DNA of 32,000 bases from Alphaproteobacteria bacterium. Its GTDB lineage: Bacteria > Pseudomonadota > Alphaproteobacteria > Rs-D84. The notes beneath the pieces were generated by a model. That model made no database searches. It saw only the letters and a program-made list of their open reading frames with translations, and had not been told where the DNA came from. Both the position numbers and the translations under genes were made by a program. Below are positions 24,274-31,955 of this stretch, piece after piece. The stretch lies in contig JAFVFD010000002.1 in NCBI GenBank assembly GCA_017475605.1, forward strand, positions 60,001 through 92,000, in the 5' to 3' direction. Each line of letters starts with the position of its first letter. The first letter of the stretch is position 1.

Positions 24274-24298
24274 AATTGATATTCCTTTTACGATAGTT

Positions 24299-24595
24299 TT
24301 ACATTTGTTGTTGATAATATTTATTCTGCATACGTTCAAATATACGTTTTGCAATTTTTTGTGAATTTGTATATGCTTTGTTGTTAAGTGTAATGGTATA
24401 ATTATCGCCCTGGGAATGATGCCATTCGTGTTTAGAAACCATTTGCATATCTGGTGCATCTAATTCATAGTTTTCAACAGAAAACATATATTTATCATCG
24501 CGCATGATACAATGTAAAACACCTGATTTTTTGATAGAATCAATAACTTTTACTTCAAGTGGAGATAAGAATATTTTTTGAAAGATATTTGCCAT
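24299..24595 (-). CDS. Small hypothetical protein A, 98 aa
   Basis: I chose the start MANIFQKIFLSPLEV at 24595, which is 1 nt after the tsaB stop (24597-24599). The track's longer version (to 24661) would overlap the tsaB 3' end. Confidence 0.6.
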   Translation of the reverse strand: MANIFQKIFLSPLEVKVIDSIKKSGVLHCIMRDDKYMFSVENYELDAPDMQMVSKHEWHHSQGDNYTITLNNKAYTNSQKIAKRIFERMQNKYYQQQM

Positions 24596-24596
24596 T

Positions 24597-25142
24597 TTAT
24601 TTGCCTTTTTTGTTTGTTTCAACATAACTTGGGCGCAGGTACATCGGCACCACCGGTTCATTTGTACATTCTCTCAACTTATCTTGAATAATTTTGATGC
24701 CAAGTTTTAAATCAAACGGTTTGTGCCCAACTGTGCGTGGCCATTCCATCTGTTTGGTTTCAATTTCATCAATAGTCATTATACATGGATTTAACCCATT
24801 TGCCGCGACAAAGAAATCGCCACGTCCAGAATCAATCGCTACAAATGCATCGGGTGTTGCGGCCATATATAATTCAAATGCATTTATCGGAACAATAGGG
24901 ATATTTAATCCAATTGCCAACCCCTTGGCATAGGCGATACCAAGGCGAATGCCAGTAAAACTGCCTGGACCGGTTACAACACCAATCGCGCTTATATCTG
25001 ACCATGATGCGCCGCATTCAGTGATAAACTTTTCCGTCTCGGCTGGTAACGCGACAGACTGCTTGTCAACAGCAACCGTTTTGTATTTGTCGTCCAAAAC
25101 GAATTCCAGTGCATTTCCCGATGTGTTAATTACTAAAATCAT
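24597..25142 (-). CDS. tsaB: tRNA threonylcarbamoyladenosine (t6A) biosynthesis protein TsaB
   Basis: MILVINTSGNALEFVL...GVVTGPGSFTGIRLGIAYAKGLA is the hallmark GPGSFTG[IL]R motif. It is linked to rimI. Confidence 0.85.
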   Translation of the reverse strand: MILVINTSGNALEFVLDDKYKTVAVDKQSVALPAETEKFITECGASWSDISAIGVVTGPGSFTGIRLGIAYAKGLAIGLNIPIVPINAFELYMAATPDAFVAIDSGRGDFFVAANGLNPCIMTIDEIETKQMEWPRTVGHKPFDLKLGIKIIQDKLRECTNEPVVPMYLRPSYVETNKKGK

Positions 25143-25531
25143 CTTATACGCCCACTGAATAATTTATAATACAACATTGGAACGCCACCATAATGACGTT
25201 CAATTACATTGTTTGGTACGGTATCTACTGTGTTATTTTTTCTGTTCAAAATAACGCATTCATACTGTGCACCGTCCAAGATTTCCGGTACATTTGGTAT
25301 ATATTCTTTGCTGCATAATATGCGCAGACCATGTGATTGTGCCTGGATAACAATGCGGGTAAAACCATCGCGTTTCGCCGGCATAGGACATGCCGTAATA
25401 TCAAAACTTGTTATTTTGTTATACACATCCTTATAGCAACCGATTGCGCGTGCTGTTTCGGCATCGGTTACTGTTTTTACCAATTTACCTTCGGTATAAA
25501 ACTCGACTTCTCGGGTTGCTTGTCTGCTCAT
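25139..25531 (-). CDS. 130-aa protein with by-eye similarity to a shortened, degenerate Lon (S16) protease domain
   Basis: ATGA overlaps occur at both ends: with the lon-like stop at 25528-25531 and with the tsaB start at 25139-25142. Local matches to E. coli Lon P-domain motifs: VEFYTEGKLVKTVT vs IETACVPGKGKLTYT; PAKRDGFTRIV vs TPKDGPSAGIA (Thr at the catalytic Ser position); CSKEY vs GGLKEK; VPNNVIERH vs IPDNVIADL. Confidence 0.6.
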   Translation of the reverse strand: MSRQATREVEFYTEGKLVKTVTDAETARAIGCYKDVYNKITSFDITACPMPAKRDGFTRIVIQAQSHGLRILCSKEYIPNVPEILDGAQYECVILNRKNNTVDTVPNNVIERHYGGVPMLYYKLFSGRIR

Positions 25532-27285
25532 AATCTTACCCCAAATCCAATTTTTTTACTAAAACCGGCAGATTTCTGTAATGACAACAAATCATCAATT
25601 TTTTCCGATGTAAAATCTGTTGGTTTGTCTTCGCCATCGTTTTTCAATAATTCACGACGTAATATTGCGGTTAATTCGCGTTGTAATTGACGCACACCTT
25701 CTTCGGTGGTGTAGTTTTGAATAATGTGTCGTATCGCGTCATCGGAAATATTAATATTTTCCAATGCCCAACCTGTATCATGCGCGGCGCGCTGAATAAG
25801 GTGGTCGCGCGCGATACGGACCTTTTCGTCCATGGTATAGCCCGGTATTTCAATAATTTCCATACGGTCTTTTAGCGCGTTTGAAAAGTTCAAACTGTTT
25901 GCCGTTGCGATAAACAACACATTAGAAAGGTCAAAATCAACCTCTAAATAATGGTCGCGGAAGTTCTTGTTTTGTTCCGGGTCCAATATTTCCAGCAGGG
26001 CAGATTCCGGATCGCCACGCCAATCGCGCCCCATTTTATCAATTTCGTCCAAGACAATAACAGGGTTGTTTGATTTACAACGTTTCAACGCATCCATAAT
26101 ACGTCCGGTTTGTGCACCAATATAGGTCTTGCGATGACCGCGGAAATGCGCTTCGTCAGAAATGCCGCCCAACGATATGCGTTGATATTTGCGCCCCAAT
26201 GCCGCCGCAATAGATTTACCCAGCGATGTTTTACCAACACCAGGTGCGCCAACAAAACATAAAATGCTGCCCTGGTTGGTGCCAGTTTTCTTCATAACGG
26301 CGATGTGTTCCAAAATGCGTTCTTTGACCGCATCCATGCCGGAATGTTCACTGTCCAGAACGGTACGCGCGGTTTTTAAATCAATTTGCTGTTTGTCTGA
26401 TTTGCCCCATGGCATAGATAACATTTCGTCCAGATAGGCCTTTAATAAACCACCTTCGTTGGACATTGGCGATAATGTGCGCATGCGCCGCCATTCAGAC
26501 ATTGCTTTTTCTTTGGCTTCGGCGGACATGGGCGATTTTTCAATGCGACTGCGCATATTTTCGGCATCCATTTCTTCGTCGGTTTCACCCATTTCATGCT
26601 GAATTGCGCGCATTTTTTCCTGTAAAATCGCTTCGCGCCGGCCTTTTTCCATCTGTTGATTTATACGGCGATTGATAGAATCTTCGATTTTCATCGTTTC
26701 TGCCATCAAATTGACCTGTTCCAACAAAATGATTAACTTTTCACGCCACGTGGTTGCGCATAAAATGTTAATAGCAACATCTGTTTCTATATCCAACATT
26801 TGAATAACCGCATCAACAAAAGCGGGTAATGGATAGTTTTGAACCACAGTACGCAATTTATCCATTTTGATTTTGCGGGACGATGACATAGACTGAATAT
26901 TGTTCGCGATTTTGTCGCGCAGGGCAATTGTTTGGTCAAATTCGCTGTCGTCCAAAATTTCAATAGGCGTGGTTTCGCCCATAAATATGCCGTTTTCTAT
27001 TGTAATATCGGAAATTCGAACGGCACTTACTGTGCGCACAATCGCGTGCAGGGAACCGTCCGGCATGCGTAAAACCTGGGCGATTTCACCAATTGTGCCG
27101 ACATTGTAAATGTCATCAACCGCGGACGGATAGCCCCATGTATGCTGGGCAGTAAGGACGACCTGTTTGCCGGCCTTGGCGGCGGCCTCGATACATGCAA
27201 CCGACAGTGGGTTATCAATATAAATTGGCACAGTAAGGCCCGGATTTACGACCAAATCACGAAAAGGTAGAATGTATTCTTTCAT
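25528..27285 (-). CDS. lon: Lon-like AAA+ ATPase (LonA N-domain plus AAA+ module) that ends at the AAA+/protease junction, with no protease domain in this ORF
   Basis: The N-terminus is LPFRDLVVNPGLTVPIYI. Walker A is GAPGVGKTSLGKSIA and Walker B is PVIVLDEIDKMG. Further matches: LFIATANS, DRMEIIEIPGYTMDEK, TEEGVRQLQREL. The 585 aa align with about the first 590-600 residues of E. coli Lon. The ORF stops at ...IGFGVRL, where the P domain normally begins. Confidence 0.85.
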   Translation of the reverse strand: MKEYILPFRDLVVNPGLTVPIYIDNPLSVACIEAAAKAGKQVVLTAQHTWGYPSAVDDIYNVGTIGEIAQVLRMPDGSLHAIVRTVSAVRISDITIENGIFMGETTPIEILDDSEFDQTIALRDKIANNIQSMSSSRKIKMDKLRTVVQNYPLPAFVDAVIQMLDIETDVAINILCATTWREKLIILLEQVNLMAETMKIEDSINRRINQQMEKGRREAILQEKMRAIQHEMGETDEEMDAENMRSRIEKSPMSAEAKEKAMSEWRRMRTLSPMSNEGGLLKAYLDEMLSMPWGKSDKQQIDLKTARTVLDSEHSGMDAVKERILEHIAVMKKTGTNQGSILCFVGAPGVGKTSLGKSIAAALGRKYQRISLGGISDEAHFRGHRKTYIGAQTGRIMDALKRCKSNNPVIVLDEIDKMGRDWRGDPESALLEILDPEQNKNFRDHYLEVDFDLSNVLFIATANSLNFSNALKDRMEIIEIPGYTMDEKVRIARDHLIQRAAHDTGWALENINISDDAIRHIIQNYTTEEGVRQLQRELTAILRRELLKNDGEDKPTDFTSEKIDDLLSLQKSAGFSKKIGFGVRL

Positions 27286-27295
27286 AGCAGAAATA

Positions 27296-27323
27296 AATAT
27301 AGAATATTTTTATCGGTTTTCAA
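27296..27323 (-). promoter_or_regulatory. Sigma70-like promoter of the lon-like operon (TTGAAA, 16 nt spacer, TATATT)
   Basis: Minus-strand reading: caccTTGAAAaccgataaaaatattcTATATTtatttctgctATG. The -10 ends only 10 nt before the ATG and no SD is visible, so the mRNA would have a very short leader or none. Confidence 0.4.
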
Positions 27324-27363
27324 GGTGTTTTAGTGGATGTTTATTAACATCTTGATATTTAGG

Positions 27364-27392
27364 GAAAAAATAAAATCGGCACAAGGCCGATT
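27364..27392 (-). terminator. Rho-independent terminator downstream of tRNA-Ser
   Basis: Stem aatcggc (27374-27380), loop acaag, stem gccgatt (27386-27392). On the minus strand it is followed by TTATTTTTTCC. Confidence 0.65.
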
Positions 27393-27401
27393 CAATTTTT
27401 A

Positions 27402-27491
27402 TGGCGGAGCGTGTAGGATTTGAACCTACGGACCGCATTACTACGGTCACGGATTAGCAATCCGCTGCATTTACCCCTCTGCCAACGCTCC
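27402..27491 (-). tRNA. tRNA-Ser (GCT anticodon), class II with a long variable arm
   Basis: Reverse complement: GGAGCGTTGGCAGAGGGGTAAATGCAGCGGATTGCTAATCCGTGACCGTAGTAATGCGGTCCGTAGGTTCAAATCCTACACGCTCCGCCA. It has an anticodon loop TTGCTAA, a long variable stem-loop, a GTTCAAATC T-loop and an encoded CCA. Confidence 0.9.
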
Positions 27492-27502
27492 GGGTGGTTG
27501 GT

Positions 27503-27531
27503 ATTATATAGAAAGCATTTTTCAAATGCAA
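27503..27531 (-). promoter_or_regulatory. Near-consensus sigma70 promoter for tRNA-Ser (TTGCAT, 17 nt spacer, TATAAT)
   Basis: Minus-strand reading: tacTTGCATttgaaaaatgctttctaTATAATaccaaccaccc, followed by the tRNA 5' end. Confidence 0.55.
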
Positions 27532-27590
27532 GTACGAAAAAATAAAAAAGCATATTTGACATATCGTTTAATATCTGCCATCATAGAATT

Positions 27591-27629
27591 ATGACAATTC
27601 GTTTTATAAATTTTTACTGTTGTCGCTAA
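27591..27629 (+). promoter_or_regulatory. Candidate 12-codon leader mini-ORF (MTIRFINFYCCR) with tandem Cys codons upstream of cysS
   Basis: atg aca att cgt ttt ata aat ttt tac tgt tgt cgc taa lies 91 nt upstream of the cysS ATG. There is no SD. A TTGACA sits at 27556-27561. Possible alternative pairings downstream: 27630-27636 with 27648-27654, or 27648-27652 with 27663-27667. Confidence 0.25.
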
Positions 27630-27719
27630 TATTTGCCTTTTACCGCCGCAAATACGGTTTTGTTTGCAATAAACCAATCAATTGTTTATCATCGTATGGA
27701 AAATAACAGGGGAAGCACC

Positions 27720-29135
27720 ATGCAAATAAGATTATTTAATACAATGACGCGTAAGGTAGAAGACTTTAAACCATTGGTTCCAGGCAAAATGGGGTTCTAT
27801 TCGTGTGGGCCAACGGTCTATTGGGATCAGCATTTGGGAAATATGCGCACATTCATCAACAACGATATATTAAAGCGTATGTTTTTGGCAAATGGGTATG
27901 ATGTTACACACGTAATGAATTTTACCGATGTTGGTCATCTTACCAGCGACGAAGATACTGGCGACGACAAGATGGAAAAGGGGGCGGCACGCGAAAACAT
28001 GTCGGTGTGGGATGTTGCCAAGAAATATATTAACAACTGCGTTGCCGATATGAACGAATTAAATTTAATTCCGCCAACCGTAACACCGCGTGCCACAGAT
28101 CATATCCAAGAACAAATCGGGTTGATTCAAAAACTGGAAAAATTGGGTTACACCTATGAGATACCTGGTGATGGTATTTATTACGATACGGCGAAATTAC
28201 CAACCTATGGCGAACTGGGGGGGCAAAACCTTTCCGAATTGCGTGGCGGGGCGCGTATTGAAAACAACAATAAACGCAATATAACCGACTTTGCGTTATG
28301 GAAGTTTTCGCCAACTGATACCAAACGCGCGATGGAATGGGATAGCCCGTGGGGTGTTGGGTTCCCAGGCTGGCATTTAGAGTGCAGCGCGATGAGTATG
28401 AAATACCTGGGCGATCATTTTGATATTCATACCGGCGGCCAGGAACATATCAAGGTACACCATACAAACGAAATCGCGCAAAGCGAACCGATTGTGGGCA
28501 AGCCATGGGTGTCTTATTGGGTGCATTGGGCATGGCTGGTGTTAAAAGATGGCAAAATGTCTAAATCATCGGGTTCATTCTGGACGGTACGCACATTGAT
28601 AGAAAAGGGCTATGACCCGATGGCGTATCGTTATCTGGTAACATTGGGGCATTATCGTCAGCCAGTTGAATTTTCGTTTGAAAGTTTAGACGCGGCGGCA
28701 AATGGGTATAAAAACATTGTTCGTCGTGTGGCGGATATAATTGCTAACAAATCGGGCGATGTTGACAGTGCTGTTTATGATGCGTGGCATGATAAATTGC
28801 TGGCTCCGACAAGTGATAACCTTAAAACCGCAGAAACGCTGGTTATATTCCAGGAATTGTTGAAAGATACTTCTGTGAATAACGCAACCAAATATGCGCT
28901 GGTTGAATTTATGGACAGGTTACTGGGCCTGCAATTCATTGACCGTGCGGAAAAATTGATTGCAGCGGAATCGGTCGTGGCCCCGGCGGAAATTGTTGCA
29001 CTGGCGGACAAACGCAGTGCAGCCAAGGCGGCAAAAGACTGGGCAACGGCGGATGCGCTGCGCGCGGAAATAGATGCGGCGGGGTGGGTACTTACCGATA
29101 CGTCGGCCGGTCCAAAATTAACCAAAAAGGTGTAA
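27720..29135 (+). CDS. cysS: Cysteine--tRNA ligase
   Basis: MQIRLFNTMTRKVEDFKP aligns with the canonical CysS N-terminus. Other features: a HIGH-region variant (HLGN), PGWHLECSAMS, and the KMSKS motif. The start at 27720 has an AGGGGAAG RBS; the track's 27633 start adds a non-homologous extension. Confidence 0.9.
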   Translation: MQIRLFNTMTRKVEDFKPLVPGKMGFYSCGPTVYWDQHLGNMRTFINNDILKRMFLANGYDVTHVMNFTDVGHLTSDEDTGDDKMEKGAARENMSVWDVAKKYINNCVADMNELNLIPPTVTPRATDHIQEQIGLIQKLEKLGYTYEIPGDGIYYDTAKLPTYGELGGQNLSELRGGARIENNNKRNITDFALWKFSPTDTKRAMEWDSPWGVGFPGWHLECSAMSMKYLGDHFDIHTGGQEHIKVHHTNEIAQSEPIVGKPWVSYWVHWAWLVLKDGKMSKSSGSFWTVRTLIEKGYDPMAYRYLVTLGHYRQPVEFSFESLDAAANGYKNIVRRVADIIANKSGDVDSAVYDAWHDKLLAPTSDNLKTAETLVIFQELLKDTSVNNATKYALVEFMDRLLGLQFIDRAEKLIAAESVVAPAEIVALADKRSAAKAAKDWATADALRAEIDAAGWVLTDTSAGPKLTKKV

Positions 29136-29139
29136 AGGA

Positions 29140-29169
29140 AAACCGCCGTTTCGGCGGTTTTGCTTTTTA
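29140..29169 (+). terminator. Rho-independent terminator after cysS
   Basis: aAACCGCCGtttCGGCGGTTTtgcttttt begins immediately after the 29135 stop. Confidence 0.8.
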
Positions 29170-29190
29170 ATAAAAAAATATAAAAATCAC

Positions 29191-29219
29191 TTGAATTTTT
29201 GCGTTTTGTGATATATATT
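29191..29219 (+). promoter_or_regulatory. Sigma70-like promoter (TTGAAT, 17 nt spacer, TATATT) for the DUF1013 gene (and possibly rpoD)
   Basis: cacTTGAATttttgcgttttgtgataTATATTaagc lies about 30 nt upstream of the ATG at 29248. Confidence 0.45.
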
Positions 29220-29247
29220 AAGCGCGTTATAACACAAGGGAATTTCC

Positions 29248-29775
29248 ATGAACTATCCATATATGCCAAAATCTACGGCGCTGTGGTTGATTGAAAACAC
29301 AGCATTGACTTTTGAACAAATCGCTGAATTCTGCGGTCTTCATGAACTTGAGGTTAAAAATATCGCGGATGCGGAAACATATAAAATTCAGGGTTTAAAT
29401 CCGATTTTGAACGGTCAACTTACCCGCGAAGATATTGAAAAATGCGAAGCAGACCCGGAAGCGCGCCTGACTTTGCGTGAAGAAATTGTCGCCGCGCAGA
29501 AGGCCCAGAACAAGAAAGGTGTTGGTTATACGCCAAAATTACACCGTCAGAACCGTTTGGGTGGCATTTTGTGGATTTTGAAAAATTATCCAGAATTATC
29601 TGATGGCCAGGTTGCACGCCTTATGCGCAGTACAAACCCAACGGTCGCATCTATTCGCAACAAAACACACAAATCGTACAGCATTATTCAGATTCAAAGC
29701 CCAATTGTATTGGGGTTGGTGTCTGAATCTGCGTTACATGATGCGGTTGCCAAGGCGCAAAAGAAAAGCAAATAA
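29248..29775 (+). CDS. DUF1013 family protein (annotated in some alphaproteobacteria as cell-cycle transcriptional regulator TrcR)
   Basis: MPKSTALWLIENTALTFEQIAEFCGLHELEVKNIADAE...GLNPILNGQLTREDIEKCEADPEARL matches my memory of the conserved DUF1013 N-terminus. That family is essentially restricted to Alphaproteobacteria. Confidence 0.75.
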   Translation: MNYPYMPKSTALWLIENTALTFEQIAEFCGLHELEVKNIADAETYKIQGLNPILNGQLTREDIEKCEADPEARLTLREEIVAAQKAQNKKGVGYTPKLHRQNRLGGILWILKNYPELSDGQVARLMRSTNPTVASIRNKTHKSYSIIQIQSPIVLGLVSESALHDAVAKAQKKSK

Positions 29776-29817
29776 TTTCAAATAATCAAACAAACCAATA
29801 AAACGGAAGGGTGGCAT

Positions 29818-31905
29818 ATGGCAAAAAAGCTGGATGACGCAACCAAGTTATTGATTGACTCGTTGCCGGAAAATCTGCAGAAGTTAGCAACATCTGCGGT
29901 CGAAGTTGGGTATTTTTCCCAAATGGATTTTAATGCCGCAACCGAAGCAGACGAAGTTCCATCAGACGAACAGGAAGAAGTCCTTGATTTCTTTAAGCAG
30001 GACTTGGAATTGGAAATGTTGGAATCTGATTCCTATTCCAAAAACATTGAAAAATATTACGACGACGAAGATAGCGAAGAAGATCGCGATAAAACCCGCA
30101 ATTTGTTGAATGCAGACGCGGAACAGGTTGATGTTAATGACGAAGACTATGAACATTTCGCCAAACAGTTGGAACGCAGCCAAACCGGTTCATTGGTTTT
30201 GGGTGTCCAAGATTCTGTACAGTCATACCTTAAACAAATCGGTACGGTTCAATTGTTGACCGCCGCCGGCGAAGTCGCAATTGCCCAGCGTATCGAGGCC
30301 GCATCGCGCCTTATGGTGTATGGTTTATGCGAAAGCCCGATGACTATTCGTGCGATGTTGGACTGGTACCAACAATTATTGAACGAAGATATTCGTTTGC
30401 GCTATATCGTTAATTTGGAAGTTATGTATTCATCTGATTCCGAACAGAAATCTTTGGCCGCTTTGTCCGAAGCATTGAAATCCAAGGGGGTTGACGATGT
30501 CGATAACCTGGACGATGATGATTTAGACGATTTGGAAGAATCGACTGCATCCGATGAAGAAGATGACGAAGACGAAGAAGATGAAGAAGAAGACGGAATC
30601 AAGAAAGATGATACACCACGAGGAACATCGGGTGTTCCAATTCCTGTGATGGAAGAATCGTTAATGCCGATGGTTTTGGAACTTTTTGCCAAAATTAAAC
30701 GCACGTTTAATAGCATGCAGAAATTACAGGCCAAACGTTTGGAAAACCTGCTTACTTCGTCAAAGCCAGACGATGCGTTGGAAAAGAAATATGCCAAAAT
30801 GCGCCTGGAATTATTTGAAAATGTAAGCAAGATTCGTCTTAACGATGACCGTAATGCCGAAATTATGGAACAATTAACCAAGCGCAATAAACTTTTACAG
30901 GGGCTTGAAGGTAAATTGTTGCGTTTGGCGATGGCTAATAAAATTAAACGCGACGACTTCTTGGCTGAATATGTTGGCAATGAAATAAATCGCAACTGGG
31001 TCAAGAAAATGGCAAAGTCCAAGAATCAAACGTGGGTTAACTTTGTCAAGAAACACGAAAAAGATATTTTAAAGATTCAGGAAGATATTACCGCAATTGC
31101 GATGGAAACAGGCCAGCCAACCGCCGAATATAAAAAGGTTGTTGAATTGGTAAGCCATGGTCAAAAAGAAGCCGCCAACGCAAAACGCGAAATGATAGAA
31201 GCGAACTTGCGTCTGGTTATTAAGTTTGCTAAAAAGTCCAGCAATCGTGGTTTGGGACTAGATTTTTCTGATTTGGTCCAGGACGGCAATATCGGTTTGA
31301 TGAAGGCTGTTGATAAATTTGATTACCGTTTGGGGAACAAGTTTTCAACATATGCGACAAACTGGATTCAGCAGGGCATTTCCCGCAGTATCGCGGATCA
31401 GGCGCGCACAATTCGTATCCCTGTGCATATGATTGACAATATACACAAGATTCAACGTGCATCGCGTCAGTTTATGCACAAATATGGCCGCAACCCGACC
31501 GCCGAAGAATTGTCCAAGATTATATACTTGCCTGTGGACAAGATACACAAGGCCATGAAGGTCAATCTGAAACCGATTTCATTAGAGGCACCAGTTGGCA
31601 CCGAAGACGACAGCAGCCGTATTGAAATTATTGCCGACGAAACCGCGAAAAATCCATTTACATCGGCGGCGCAAAAGAATTTGCGCAAGATTGTTACACA
31701 AATCTTGTCTGAATTGGATCCCAAGGAAGAAACTGTTTTGCGTCAACGTTTTGGTATGAGCACCAATAAAACCAGCACCCTGGAAGAGGTCGGTGAATAC
31801 ATCGGTGTTACCCGTGAACGTATCCGCCAGATTGAACAAAAGGCGTTGAATAAACTAAAACACCCAACGCGTGCGCGTAAACTGCGCAGTTTCTTGGAAG
31901 ATTAA
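29818..31905 (+). CDS. rpoD: RNA polymerase primary sigma factor RpoD (sigma-70)
   Basis: Region 2 reads LRLVIKFAKKSSNRGLGLDFSDLVQDGNIGLMKAVDKFDYRLGNKFSTYATNWIQQGISRSIADQARTIRIPVHM. Region 4.2 reads LEEVGEYIGVTRERIRQIEQKALNKLKHP. A long acidic insert is present (DDDDLDDLEESTASDEEDDEDEEDEEEDG). Confidence 0.95.
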   Translation: MAKKLDDATKLLIDSLPENLQKLATSAVEVGYFSQMDFNAATEADEVPSDEQEEVLDFFKQDLELEMLESDSYSKNIEKYYDDEDSEEDRDKTRNLLNADAEQVDVNDEDYEHFAKQLERSQTGSLVLGVQDSVQSYLKQIGTVQLLTAAGEVAIAQRIEAASRLMVYGLCESPMTIRAMLDWYQQLLNEDIRLRYIVNLEVMYSSDSEQKSLAALSEALKSKGVDDVDNLDDDDLDDLEESTASDEEDDEDEEDEEEDGIKKDDTPRGTSGVPIPVMEESLMPMVLELFAKIKRTFNSMQKLQAKRLENLLTSSKPDDALEKKYAKMRLELFENVSKIRLNDDRNAEIMEQLTKRNKLLQGLEGKLLRLAMANKIKRDDFLAEYVGNEINRNWVKKMAKSKNQTWVNFVKKHEKDILKIQEDITAIAMETGQPTAEYKKVVELVSHGQKEAANAKREMIEANLRLVIKFAKKSSNRGLGLDFSDLVQDGNIGLMKAVDKFDYRLGNKFSTYATNWIQQGISRSIADQARTIRIPVHMIDNIHKIQRASRQFMHKYGRNPTAEELSKIIYLPVDKIHKAMKVNLKPISLEAPVGTEDDSSRIEIIADETAKNPFTSAAQKNLRKIVTQILSELDPKEETVLRQRFGMSTNKTSTLEEVGEYIGVTRERIRQIEQKALNKLKHPTRARKLRSFLED

Positions 31906-31910
31906 CAATT

Positions 31911-31937
31911 GGCCCGCGGGTGTTGCGGGCCTTTTTT
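31911..31937 (+). terminator. Rho-independent terminator after rpoD
   Basis: GGCCCGCgggtgttGCGGGCCtttttt begins 5 nt after the stop. Confidence 0.85.
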
Positions 31938-31955
31938 AGTGAAAGGAAGTTATTT

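Noticed and set aside
23917-24661. The longer versions of the two small ORFs given in the track (180 aa and 120 aa)
   Set aside because: The N-terminal extensions overlap the upstream genes extensively and lack an RBS. Both internal starts give the shared MA-x-[IL]-FQKIFLS N-terminus, one sits behind an AAGGA RBS, and both fit the tight operon spacing.
27524-27538. The hairpin gcatttttcaaatgc, considered as a regulatory element
   Set aside because: It lies inside the 17-nt spacer and -35 of the near-consensus tRNA-Ser promoter (TTGCAT...TATAAT on the minus strand). It is probably coincidental to that promoter.
27630-27670. A classical terminator/antiterminator attenuator downstream of the Cys-Cys mini-ORF
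   Set aside because: Only short AT-rich alternative stems are present and none is followed by a T-run. Transcription-termination attenuation is therefore not supported by the sequence. The finding is kept only as a weaker, translation-level hypothesis.
27633-27719. The N-terminal extension of cysS (track start 27633, or ATG 27696)
   Set aside because: The CysS homology starts at MQIRLFNTMTRK (27720), which has its own purine-rich RBS. The extension has no counterpart in CysS proteins I know.
28775-29269. A 164-aa minus-strand ORF overlapping the cysS 3' end and terminator
   Set aside because: It is antisense to a well-supported cysS and runs through the cysS terminator hairpin and the DUF1013 promoter. 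It has low-complexity Ala/Ser composition.
30402-31022. A 206-aa minus-strand ORF with a poly-Ser run (SSSSSSSSSSSSSSS)
   Set aside because: It is antisense to the acidic GAA/GAT-rich insert of rpoD, and the Ser run is simply the complement of Asp/Glu codons. rpoD is unambiguous on the plus strand.
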